Of a DNA stretch of 64,000 bases, positions 25,645 through 36,897 are shown piece after piece. Positions within the stretch are counted from its first letter, which is position 1. Every line of letters begins with the position of its first letter. The stretch is from Mobula hypostoma (lineage: Eukaryota): the NCBI RefSeq assembly GCF_963921235.1, contig NC_086108.1, positions 19,654,001 through 19,718,000 of the forward strand, read 5' to 3'. A program made the position numbers and the translations under genes. Under the pieces are notes generated by a model. The model was not told the origin of the DNA. It did no database searches and saw only the letters and a program-made list of their open reading frames with translations.

Positions 25645-26430
25645 GTTAGTCATAGTCATACTTTATTGATCCCGAGGGAAATTGATTTTCGTTACAGTTG
25701 CCCCAACCAAGAATAGAGTATAAATATATCAATATAACACCATAAATAATTAAATAGTAATATGTAAATTATGCCAGGAAATAAGTCCAGGACCAGCCTA
25801 TTGGCTCATGGTGTCTGACCCTCCAAGGGAGTAGTTGTAAAGTTTGATGGCCACAGGCAGGAATGACTTCCTATGACACTCAGTGTTGCATCTCGGTGGA
25901 ATGAATCTCTGGCTGAATGTACTCCTGTGCCCGACCAGTACTTATGCAGTGGATGGGAGACATTGACCAAGATGGCATGCAACTTGGACAGCATCCTCTT
26001 TTCAGACACCACCATCAGAGAGTCCAGTTCCATCCCCACAACATCACTGGCCTTACGAATGAATTTGTTGATTCTGTTGGTGTCTGCTACCCTCAGCCTG
26101 CTGCCCCAGCACACAACAGCAAACATGATAGCACTGGCCACCACAGAATCGTAGAACATCCTCAGCATCGTCCGACAGATGTTAAAGGACCTCAGTCTCC
26201 TCAGGAAATAGAGACAGCTCTGACCCTTCTTGTAGACAGCCTCAGTGTTCTTAGACCAGTCCAGTTTATTGTCAGTTGGTATCCCCAGGTATTTGTAATC
26301 CTCCACCATGTCCACACTGACCCCCTGGATGGAAACAGGGGTCACCGGTGCCTTAGCTCTCCTCAGGTCTACCACCAACTCCTCAGTCTTTTTCACATTA
26401 AGCTGCAGATAATTCTGCTCACACCATGTG
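25645..26430 (-). mobile_element. Rex1/Babar-like LINE 3' fragment, relatively young
   Basis: ORF 25806-26396 KTEELVVDLRR...YKYLG...LYFLRRLRSFNI...AVVCWG; AATAAA followed by an (ATGACT)n tail. Confidence 0.85.
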
Positions 26431-27879
26431 AGATCTTCCTACCGGTAGATGCTATTCTCTCGCCTTCCCTGGAGAGACAATCGACTGAAGATACTGCAGT
26501 CATGAGCAAGAAGCATCTGCTGGAGGAACTTAGAGGGTATAGCAGCATCTGTAGAGGAGGGAAAAGAATTATTGATGTTTTTGGTCAAAACCCTGCGTCA
26601 GTAGTCCATAACTACAGTAGGTACCTGAACTCACCTGTCTTCATTTGGTCCTTAACCTGAAGAGACTCTCCTGCACAATGGTACAATGGCATTTTGATCT
26701 ACCTTCATAGAGAGAGCATTTAAACATTGGATGTAATGAATAAGAAACATTATGCTGCATACTCTGTCATAAATTGATGAGCATCTTTGTTTAGAATGTG
26801 CCTCAAAGTCTACCACTTATTGTTTCAATAGCAGTTATTACATTTATCAAGATTTGCAGAAAGAAAATGCTTATATCCTTTGGTCCTGTTCTGTTCATTT
26901 AAAAAAAAATGTAGCAAGGTTCACCCTGTCTTGGTGTTTGAATAGTTTTAAATATCCTGAGCTTTTAATTGAACTACCTTCTCTTCCACAGACCGGAATT
27001 GTGGTTGATTATTCATATTGTTATTTTACCTATGGGATTTTTCCCTAGAATTGACAAACCTTAGTCAAGGAATGTGAACATTACTGACCCAGGGCTCAGT
27101 CAAGATATTAAATGATGCTGAGTTAAGTGAAGGTTTCTGATGAGGTTGCATCAGACTGGGCTTTGTAGGAAATTATTCAGACAAAGCACTAAAATTGGAG
27201 ATGAATCGAAACACTTGAACTGCAAACTCATGATTGTGAGATCTTGTTGAGCAGATGAAATTTCAGTTTGCAGTCTCTAATTTCACAAAGGAAGTCTCTG
27301 GTCTTTCCTATATGATATTAAAGTTGGTTGGAGATTTTTCTTACCTGAATGTAGGAAATAATTGGAAGAAGTTGTCAAGGATTATATTATGTGAAGCAAT
27401 TGGATTTCCATGGCCATTGAGCTTATTGGCTGATAATGATAAACCAGGTCAGGTAACTCCATGTCTGGCCGATGAATGCATCTTCCATCTTTTGGCATTG
27501 GGCATCATGATTACTGCTTTTTGGGGGAAGCAAATGGAATCCAGGGCTGCCCCATGGAATATGGAGTACCTCTTTCAAAACTTTATTTCTGTGCCCTCTT
27601 ATGCTGCTTGACCTGCTGAGTATCTACAGGATTCTGTTTTTTTTAAAATAACGTGTATTTGTTCCCTATGATGGGGTTATCTAAGGCGCGAGGTTACAGA
27701 GGTGTGTGCTGTTGCAAGTATCACTATACAGAGACTGGTCGAGAAAGCAAAATGGGCTTGTTGCTCAGCAAATACATCTAATATGGGTCGAGCAAGTTTA
27801 TTTCTTCCCAAACACAATAGGTCCAAAGACCCAAGGCCTGTAGCTAGGAAGCTATTACTAACGTGTACTTCAGTTTGAG

Positions 27880-28090
27880 TCACAGAAAAGTGCAGCTCAG
27901 AAACAGGACCTTCGGCCCATCTAGTCTGTGCCAAACCACTTGAACTTTCACCCTTCACCCTCAACCCATGCCTTGAGTTGTAGTGCTGCCCAACCTCAGT
28001 GGAAAAAGCTTGCTTGCATTTAACCTATCTATACCCCTCAATTTTGTATACCTCTCTCAAATCTCCTCTGCGTCTTCTACATTCCAAGAA
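27880..28090 (-). mobile_element. CR1 3' end fragment
   Basis: Similar to the 3' end of the 58293-60024 copy (MRVKGE..., WAEGPVS). Confidence 0.7.
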
Positions 28091-28264
28091 ATAATGCAGT
28101 AAATAACCGAGGAGTTGGTTCATGTTTGAATTCTAGAACAATAATTTTGTTGGTGTTTGTGTGTTTTGTGACGTGTGAGCTGTGTTGTCATGCCTGTTTT
28201 AAAGCCCTTTGCAAAGTGTACATGTTGACATGAGGTACTTCGTTCATTGTGCCCTGTTGCATGA

Positions 28265-28605
28265 CACAGGCTATCCTGGTCTTTCCATGATCATGATTGT
28301 TCTTGGCAAATTTTTCTGCAGAAGTAGTTTGCCATTGCTGCCTTCTGGCTAGTATCTTTACAATTGACCCCAGCCATTATCAATACCCATCAGAGATTGC
28401 CTGGCGCCAGTGGTTGCATAACCAGGACTTGTGATGTGCACCAGCTGCTCATATGGCATCCACCACCAGCTCCCATGGCTTCATGTGACCCAGATCGGGG
28501 GGCTAAGCAGGTGCTACACCTTGTCCAAGCGTGACCTGCAGGCTAGCAGAGGGAAGGAGTACCTTACACCTCCTTTGGTAGAGATGTATCTCCACCCCGT
28601 CGCCC
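28265..28605 (-). mobile_element. Short interspersed repeat with RTE-type tail motif, family unassigned
   Basis: The minus strand has ...CAATGGCAAACTACTTCTGCAGAAAAATTTGCCAAGAACAATCATG, resembling the RTE/BovB 3' motif. Confidence 0.4.
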
Positions 28606-29804
28606 AGAGCTCAAAAAAATGTGTAGTTTTCGTGATAAATTCACAGCACAGAACCAGACCTTTTGGCCTGCTAAATCCCTGATTATTATCAAGCAGTCAT
28701 TTACGTTAACCTTAACCTTTCCTAATCCAATTTTATTCTTCGTACATCCCACCAATTTCTATCCATCCATCCTTCTCACCCCCAATCCAGGTTCAACCAG
28801 AAATCAACACATTTGTACAATTTACTTCGGCTCGCTAACCAACAAGTACATCTTGAGGAAACAGGAGCAAACTTGGAAGTCCACATGGTCACAGAGAATT
28901 TACAAAGTTTGCAACCATGGCACTAGAGGTGGAGATGAAAGCCAGATGATTAGAATTGTAGGGCAGTGGTTCTACCACTCGTACCGCAGAGGAATCACCA
29001 GAATTTCCATTCAACAGTGTTGTGTCTCAGTGAGTGTCTCCTGACACTGTTTGAAGGGTCGACCATCTGAGAGGGCTTTAAGTTAATCACAGTAACTATT
29101 GCACGTGCTGCATGTTTGCTTTTGTGGGGGGGGGGGGAGTTGACCATTTTGTGATGTAAAAGCATTGATTTCCAACATAATAATGTAATTTCTTCCATGT
29201 AACTTTCCTGCCAAGCCTTGTGTAAGGTTTGCACAGGTGCCTGGTGTCTGAGGTAAGAATCAATTGTGCTGATTTCATCTGAATCGGGGGGGGGGGGGGG
29301 AGAAGGGAAGTGGAAATACCTGTATCACAGTAAGCAACCAATTTGCTGAAAACAGAAGCCCTCCCTTTGTGGAGTAAGCTTAATGGCTATGATTAATGGA
29401 AGCAATAGCAAGGTTAGAGGTCATAGACATGGAGTAGCTCTGTGCAAAATTGATTTTCCTCCAACTTTCACCAAGTCACAGCAATTATAGATTTGTATTC
29501 TTGTATTTTTTTTTATTTCTTTGAATTAGTTCTTGCAATTTGTATGTGGGTAGGACACGATTCTACATGTTTGACAATGCATAATTCCTTGGGGGCAAGG
29601 ATAAATGCCAAAGAGCAAGTGCATGATTGCACCTTCATTTGTTGTCCTTGGATCAGCTTGTAACATTGAAATCAGTTGGAACCTGTGCTTTGGGTAGATA
29701 ATTATTTTTTTCAGAAACAGCGCAGCAGTTGAATAATAACATAGATATTTATTTGAAAGAATTTTGTAAAGTGATTTCAGTAGGGCTAGGGCTGGGGCTA
29801 AATA

Positions 29805-30318
29805 CAGACATCCCACCTCTCCTAGAACTTCCGGGAGTCTCCCGCATATTAATAGTGGCTCCCTGATGCCTGCAAATTATATACAATATCACGGAAATCA
29901 ATTTTTTTGAGAGTGAGTGAGAGAAAAGCGAGAGAGAGTACGCGAGCGACCACGAGAGAGAAAGAGAGAGCGCACGCCATTGCAGAGTGTTCCAAAAAAA
30001 TATATAAAACGTACGCCACCCCAGACTACACTAAAGTGTACCCCTGCCTAATAGGGGTCAAAATAATGACAGTGTTGCTCGCTGCACTGTTTGTAACAAT
30101 GACTTTTCTATTGCCCATGGTGGGTTAAGACTGTAAAAGACATGTTGAGGTGAGTTTAACAGGTGACATTCGTTCATTAGCATAACTAACGTTATTTAAA
30201 CTAGCTGGCCAGCTGCTAAGGAGCTGCTCTATTGCAGACATCCCACCTCTCCCGGAAGTCTCCCGCAAATTGATGGTGCTACCTCCCTGAAATGAGTTTT
30301 TGCAGGGTGGGATGTCTG
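29805..30318. mobile_element. 514-bp non-autonomous DNA transposon (MITE)
   Basis: Perfect 13-bp TIR CAGACATCCCACC / GGTGGGATGTCTG flanked by TA on both sides. CpG-rich, with an internal direct copy of the left end at 30235-30290. Confidence 0.85.
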
Positions 30319-31252
30319 TATATAGTTATGCTTTCTGGGAGCTGGAATTGAGAAACGGTGGGAAAACCAGCTTGCAGTGTGCAAGTATCGGGTGCTCACT
30401 GAATCCAAGTTTCCCACTTTCTACCCCTCCTGTCAGGGCAGATGGAGGAGAAGAAAGGTTCAACTGGTTTGTAACTGCCATTTGGTTTGTAATTACAAAA
30501 CATTGCCCTTTAGAAAATGTAGGAGCCTGTGTGGTAATAGAATAGCAGATTTAGATGTACTGACACAAATATTTCTGGATAACCTCTTGATCTGCGGAAC
30601 ATGCTCTCTCTTCTGCTGTTTTACAAATTGACTGGAGGATCACCAGGCTATCAGATGGTGTAAACCAACCCAAGGTCAGCCGACTCAGCAAATACCTGGG
30701 ATCAAATGACAGTTCTGCCTGCTCCAGATGCTCCAATGCCATGCTGTTTCAGGAATTTGTTTTAAACCCTTGTTTACAAGCTTGGATGTATTTGTGTGGA
30801 TTTCATCAACAGACCTTCAATCTCCCGCTATCATAGTTACCCATGGTCCAGGCTTTCCTATTCCCACAAGAAACCAAACAGACACGTTATTGTATAGCTG
30901 CATGGTGCTTGCTCAACTCAGGGCTTTATCTGCATGCCTGTTAACAAATATTAACAACTCCTGAGCTTCAGTTCTGAATGTTATTTGCTTATTTTTATTG
31001 TTTGCACGATCTGTTTTTTTCTGCACATTGGGTGTTTAATTGTATTCTTTTTATTATGCTTCTTTGTTCCATGGCTGCCTGTAAGGAGACGAATCTCAAG
31101 GTTGTGTATCGTATAAATGTGTTGATAATAAATGTATTTTGAGCTTTCTGGTAGCAATGATGGCACATATTGTGTTGCTGCCTCATATGCGTCCTGGGTT
31201 CAGTCCTGGGTTCGGGTCCTGTACGTATAGAGGTTGCATGCTGTCCCTGTGA

Positions 31253-31428
31253 GAACACACAAAATGCTGGAGGAACTCAGCAGGCCACGGAGCATCAGGG
31301 AAAAAGAGTGCAGTCGATGTTTCAGGCCGAAACCCTTCAGCAGGACTGTACTCTTCTCCTAGAAACTGCTTGGCCTACTGAGTTGCTCCAGCATTTTGTG
31401 TATGTTGCTCTGATTTCCCTCGTTTGTG
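31253..31428. mobile_element. Palindromic Penelope-derived element inserted in a V-SINE (~31148-31580)
   Basis: Inverted arms CACAAAATGCTGGAGGAACTCAGCAGGCCA / TGGCCTACTGAGTTGCTCCAGCATTTTGTG. 15-bp TSD ATGYTGTCCCTGTGA at 31238-31252 and 31429-31443. Confidence 0.85.
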
Positions 31429-32319
31429 ATGTTGTCCCTGTGACTGGGTTGCCTCCCAAATGCCATAGATCAACTAGCCACTGTAAAGTAGCCCTTGCGT
31501 AAGCAGGTAATGGGAGAACCGCGAGGGAGTTAATGAATGTGCTAGAAAATAGGTGACAGGGTGAATAGGATTTAACAAAACATTCTTCCAGAGCATTTTG
31601 GAGATTGCTTGCAATTTTTTAGATACCTGCTTAGATTTGATCGATTGAAAGCCCTATTTTGATGTTACAAGAACATCTGAAATGTGTCAGGATTTCCTAG
31701 TTTGCCTATGTTGCCTATGCTCTGTTTGACAGGAGCAGTGGATATGCTGCTCTGAATTGGACTGCTCCAATGTGTCCTGCTGAGGATCTGTGCTGCTGTA
31801 TCAAAAGATGACTGGTTTGCTTCAAGCATTGTGCTCTGAGAGGAAGTGTCAAGCTGGTATTGATGTTGGAGCCTGTGTGTGTATATCCCTGGGTGCATAG
31901 ACCTGTGTCCTCTTGTGGGAAAGAGCAGTGGTTCTCAATCTCTCTCTGCTTGTGTCAACTTGTCACTCTCATTTACCTCTGTGGCGCGCCCCAACCCCCC
32001 CACATCCCCACCTCCATCGTCTCTGTTAGTTGCTAAAGTTTTTTTGGTCAACTGTACTAATTCTAAAATACAGACAATATAATAGGTTATAGGTATTCTC
32101 TGTTCAATATAATTGTACAGATGCGTATGAAAAGTAAAACTTTCAAAATTCTGATTTGGATCTTTATATTATGTATGTCATATCCTTCCAACCAGCAATG
32201 GTAAAAGCACTTAATATTGTTACTTTGGGTATTTGGTGAGATCTTTTGAGTTTTTGAATATCTGGTTGCAATTTGGTTAAAGATTATTGAAGATTGCCTT
32301 TTTTCACAACATCAAGATA

Positions 32320-33693
32320 AAAACATAGAAAATCTACAGCACAATACAGGCCCTTCGGCCCACAGAGTTGTGCCGAACATGTCTCTACCTTAGAAATTAC
32401 TAGGCTTACCTATAGCCCTCTATTTTTCTAAGCTCCATGTACCTATCCAAAAGTCTCTTAAAACACCCTATAGTATCTGCCTCCACCACCATTGCTGGCA
32501 GTCCATTCCACGCACTCACCACTCTGAGTTTAAAAAAAAACTTACCCCTGACATCTCCTCTGTACCTGCTCCCCAGCACCTTAAACCTGTGTCCTCTTGT
32601 GGCAACCATTTCAGCCCTGTGAAAAAGCCTCTGACTATCCACACGGTCAATGCTTCTCATCATCTTATATACCTCTATCAGGTCACCTCTCATCCTCTGT
32701 TGCTCCAAGGAGAAAAGGCCGAGTTCACTCAACCTACTCTCATAAGGCATGCTCCCCAATCCAGGCAACATCCTTGTAAATCTCCTGTACACCCTTTCTA
32801 TGGCTTCCACATCCTTCCTATAGTGAGGCGACCAGAACTGAGCACAGTACTCCAAGTGGGGTCTGACCAGGGTCCTATATAGCTGCAACATTACCTCTCG
32901 GCTCCTAAATTCAATTCCATGATTGATGAAGGCAAAAACACCGTACGCCGCCTTAAGAGTCAACCTGCACAACTGCTTTGAGCGTCCTGTGGACTCGGAC
33001 CCCAAGATCCCTCTGATCCTCCACACTGCCAAGAGTCTTACCATTAATACTATATTCTGCCATCATATTTGACCTACCAAAATGAACTGCCTCACACTTA
33101 TCTGGGTTGAACTCCATCTGCCACTTCTCAGCGCAGTTTTGCATCCTATCAATGTCCCGCTGTAAACTCTGACAGCCCTCCACAACACCTCCAACCTTTG
33201 TGTCATCAGCAATCTTGTTAACCCATCCCTCCACTTCCTCATCCAGGTCATTTATAAAAATCACGAAGAGTAAGGGTCCCAGAACAGATCCCTGAGGCAC
33301 ACCACTGGTGACCGACCTCCATGCAGAATATGACCCGTCTACAACCACTCTTTGCCTTCTGTGGGCAAGCCAGTTCTGGATCCACAAAATAATGTCCCCT
33401 TGGATCCCATGCCTCCTTACTTTCTCAATAAACCTTGCATGGGGTACCTTATCAAATGCCTTGCTGAAATCTATATACACTACATCTACTGTTCTTCCTT
33501 CATCAGTGTGTTTCGTCACATCCTCAAAAAATTCAATCAGGCTCGTAAGGCACGATCTGCCCTTGACAAAGCCATGCTGACTATTCCTAATCATATTATG
33601 CCTTTCCAAATGTTCATAAATCCTGCCTCCCAGGATCTTCTCCATCGACTTACCAACCACTGAGGTAAGACTCACTGGCCTATAATTTCCTGG
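32320..33693 (-). mobile_element. CR1 LINE, 5'-truncated, fairly young
   Basis: ORFs 32953-33675 and 32406-33044 carry [45 protein letters not shown] and RPHLEYC. Confidence 0.95.
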
Positions 33694-33699
33694 GTCACG

Positions 33700-34053
33700 A
33701 GGTGGTGACCCAGGCCACGAGTTTTTGATAACAGGAGGAGAGCTGGACTAAAACCACCTTCAACTAGATAAATGGTGGGAAATCCAATTTAAAAAAAAAA
33801 CAACTTTGCTTTCTTCCATATAGAAATTTATTTTGAATATACTATTATCCAGAAATTTTGCATTCTGTGTTTTGAATTTTGCTTGAGCAGTTATATCACA
33901 CTGTAGCTCAATAAGACACTCTTGCAATGTGGCATCAACATCACTCACATTCAGCTCAAGTGGATCCACCACCCAGAGTGGAATATGCATCTCCAGCAGG
34001 TCTTGGAACCAAAATTCCATATCAGTGTGCAGTTGTTTCAAATGGTCAAGGTA
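33700..34053 (-). mobile_element. hAT (Buster/Charlie) transposase C-terminal relic
   Basis: HLKQLHTDM..FQDLLEM.IP.WVVDP...LQECLIELQCD is homologous to HLDELHKDMTERFQDLF..QIPDWVIN at 63563-63931. Confidence 0.7.
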
Positions 34054-34055
34054 TA

Positions 34056-35282
34056 CAGGTTTCCCCCGCTCTCCGAAGGTAGAGCGTTCCTATGAAACGG
34101 TTCGTAAGCTGGAATGTCGTAAAGTGAATAAGCAATTACCATTTATTAATATGGGAAAAATTTTTGAGCGTTCCCAGACCCAAAAAATAACCTACAAATC
34201 ATGCCAAATAACACAAAACCTAAAATAACAGTACCATATAGTAAAAGCAGGAATGATATGATCAATACACAGCCTATATAAAGTAGAAATACATTTCTGC
34301 AGCGCTGTCTAAAATCTCACGGCAGCACTCTCAGCAGAAACACTCTCTCCAGTAACTTTTAAGCTATGAAGCTGCCAAATCACACCAAATAACACAAAAA
34401 TACACAGCCTATATAAAGTAGAAATAATGTATGTACAGTGTAGTTTCACTTACTGGAATCGGGAAGACTCAAGTAAATTGCAGTTTCGTCACAGTTAAAC
34501 ACTTGCTTATACGAATAACCACCTTCTGTAAATATTTTCTTCAGTTCTGCTAGGAACTTCTCGGTAGCTTCAATATCAGCCGAAGCACTCTCTCCAGTAA
34601 ACATTAAACTATGAAGCTGTCCTCCCCTCAGAAACCAGTCAAACCACCCATGACTACCCTCAACTTCCACTTTCGCAACACTTTCATCACCGTTGTCCAG
34701 TGCTTTCTGTTTCAGCTTATCAAAAAGACTGACTGATTTCTTCTTAAGTATAAGAAAACTTAACGGAACACCACGCTTTGTACACCCATCAATCCACTCA
34801 AGCAATAGACTTTCCATTTTATCCATTATTGGATGCCGACTAAGAGAGACCACTTTGCTACCAGCAGAACCAACAGTAACATTGGCAGCTTTCAAAATTC
34901 TTTCTCTCTGTGTATAAATAGTGCGAATGGTGGGCGCATGCATGTTCAACGCACGGGCAATGTCCTTACTTCATTCACCACAATTGAAATGCTTAATTAT
35001 GTCCAGTTTTACTCTAAGTGTAACACCCTTACAAGCTCTTTTTGGCTTTTCCAATACCTTAGAACTCATCTAAGATGCACAAAATAAATTGTGATAAAGC
35101 ACGTGTTTAAGCAATGGCGGCTAGAATGCAGTTCCGGGGGAGGAGCTTGGCTGTCTGGGTGCGCGCTGCCTTTTTTCGTAACAGTGAAAACACCTGCCGT
35201 TAGAGAAAACAGGTAACTAATGTAGGTCTTTCGTAACAGCAAGGTGTCGTAAAGCGAATGATCGGAAAACGGTGGCCACCTG
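34056..35282 (-). mobile_element. Tigger/pogo-family DNA transposon, deletion derivative
   Basis: Imperfect TIRs CAGGTTTCCCCCGCTCTCCGA / TCGGAAAACGGTGGCCACCTG with TA on both sides. The frame 35069-34446 (one stop) has psq-type and CENP-B-type HTH domains (MESLLLEW...GSHGWFD...GESASAD) and ends just after VFNCDET. Confidence 0.9.
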
Positions 35283-36634
35283 TATAATCAGAGCTGAGTC
35301 CTGCTTTTAAGACTGGCAAGGGAAGGAAATTATATAAGCTTGTGACATTGCTATTGAAAATGTAGTCATACAAATTATACCCACTGGCATCTTTTTGTCC
35401 TGTAGGGATGGAATAAAACCAAGATGCATGTCATAAATATTTTTTAATGCTGTTATATATGGAAATGTGCCGATAAAGTGTGTACTCACCAAGAAAAGTG
35501 AATTGAACTTGCTTTCAAAGTATAATAAGTTGAGGGATTTAATGGAAGTTGTAGTGATAGATGGTGGTGCAGTGGTCGACTACACGTGTTATTGCCTCTC
35601 TGTAGTTCTCCGTTTCGGGCAGATGACCCACTGCAGTAACTGCAGCCTTCGTGTCATGTTTTATAACTATCATAACACGCAGGGGTCAGTGAAAGGCAAA
35701 CAGAACCAGCCTCCTGTATAGGTGCTGATTGGCCTTGCTGCAGACAGCCCCACCCAATCTTCAGTTTGATCCTGATACTCTAACCATTTTAATTGGATAA
35801 CCACATCATTGGCTCCACCAGGTCTTCCGGATTAATCCCCTTCTGATAAGGGTTTTGATGTGCAAAATCTGACAACTTCTGATGGTCTTTCAGTTGGAAT
35901 TGGATGTGGTGGCTCTCTATTAACATGTAATTATCTATAACAAAGTAATCATAATGAATAGCTGGTGGAGCAAGTTGTAGGGTGTCCTGCTGTCTGGGGT
36001 GGAGCTCGGTGGGCCACCCTGCAGGGTCTGGACGGTGATTTGTGCATGGTCGAGCCAAAACAGAGATGACTATTTGGGGAGGGGTGTGTGTGTGTGTGTC
36101 TGCTTTGCTGCCTCATTTGCATTATCTAGCATTTCCCCACTCATTTCATTCAGGGTTCCAACTAAATTACATATGTCTATTTTATATTTATATATTTTAG
36201 TAATATTTCATTAAAGCGGTAAACTTGGCCCATTTAGGAACTCCTGTGGCCTCCATTTTATTGCTTTTAAACTTGTGCCCCTACATAATCCTGCATGGCC
36301 CACATTGAGAACTACGGGTATAGAGGACAAGGCCTGTAGCTTGACAATACATTCATTGGTCTGGATCGTGAAGAGTGGTTTATGTGATCACTTAATTGTG
36401 ACTTGGGTGAGATTTGCTGTCCAACATTAATTTGGACAGGATTTCTGTCTTCTGTTTATTGCAATGCACTTTGGTATTTTGTTTCCCCATTGCCCCTTGT
36501 ATCTACCACCTTGCGCTAATTATAAAATATAGTGTCTCTTCCTCCAAGTTTTCCAGTCAGGTGTCTGAGTGATAACATCAGGCACATTCCCATGTTCACT
36601 GTGCTGTGTTTAAGATTAAAAACGTGTATTTTAA

Positions 36635-36897
36635 TTATTTATTCATTGAGATACAATGTGGAATAGACTCTTCCAGTCCTTCAAGCCACGCTGTCCAGCA
36701 CTCCCCCAGTTTAATCCTAGCCTAATATTGGCACAATTTACAATGACCAACTAGAATATCTTTGGACTGTGGGAGGAAACCGGAACACCTAGAGGAAACC
36801 CATGAGGTCATGGGGACAATGTGCAAGCTCCTTACCAGCAGCAGCGGGAATTGAACCCCGATCACCTGGTGTTGTGCTGTCCACTACACTAATGTGC
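36635..36897 (-). mobile_element. V-SINE (HE1-like)
   Basis: Same family as 9520-9805; B-box GGTTCAATTCC and V-domain on the minus strand. Confidence 0.75.

Noticed and set aside
25917..26660. 247-aa plus-strand ORF and similar long ORFs opposite LINEs
   Set aside because: Antisense shadows of RT-coding sequence with no recognisable domain.
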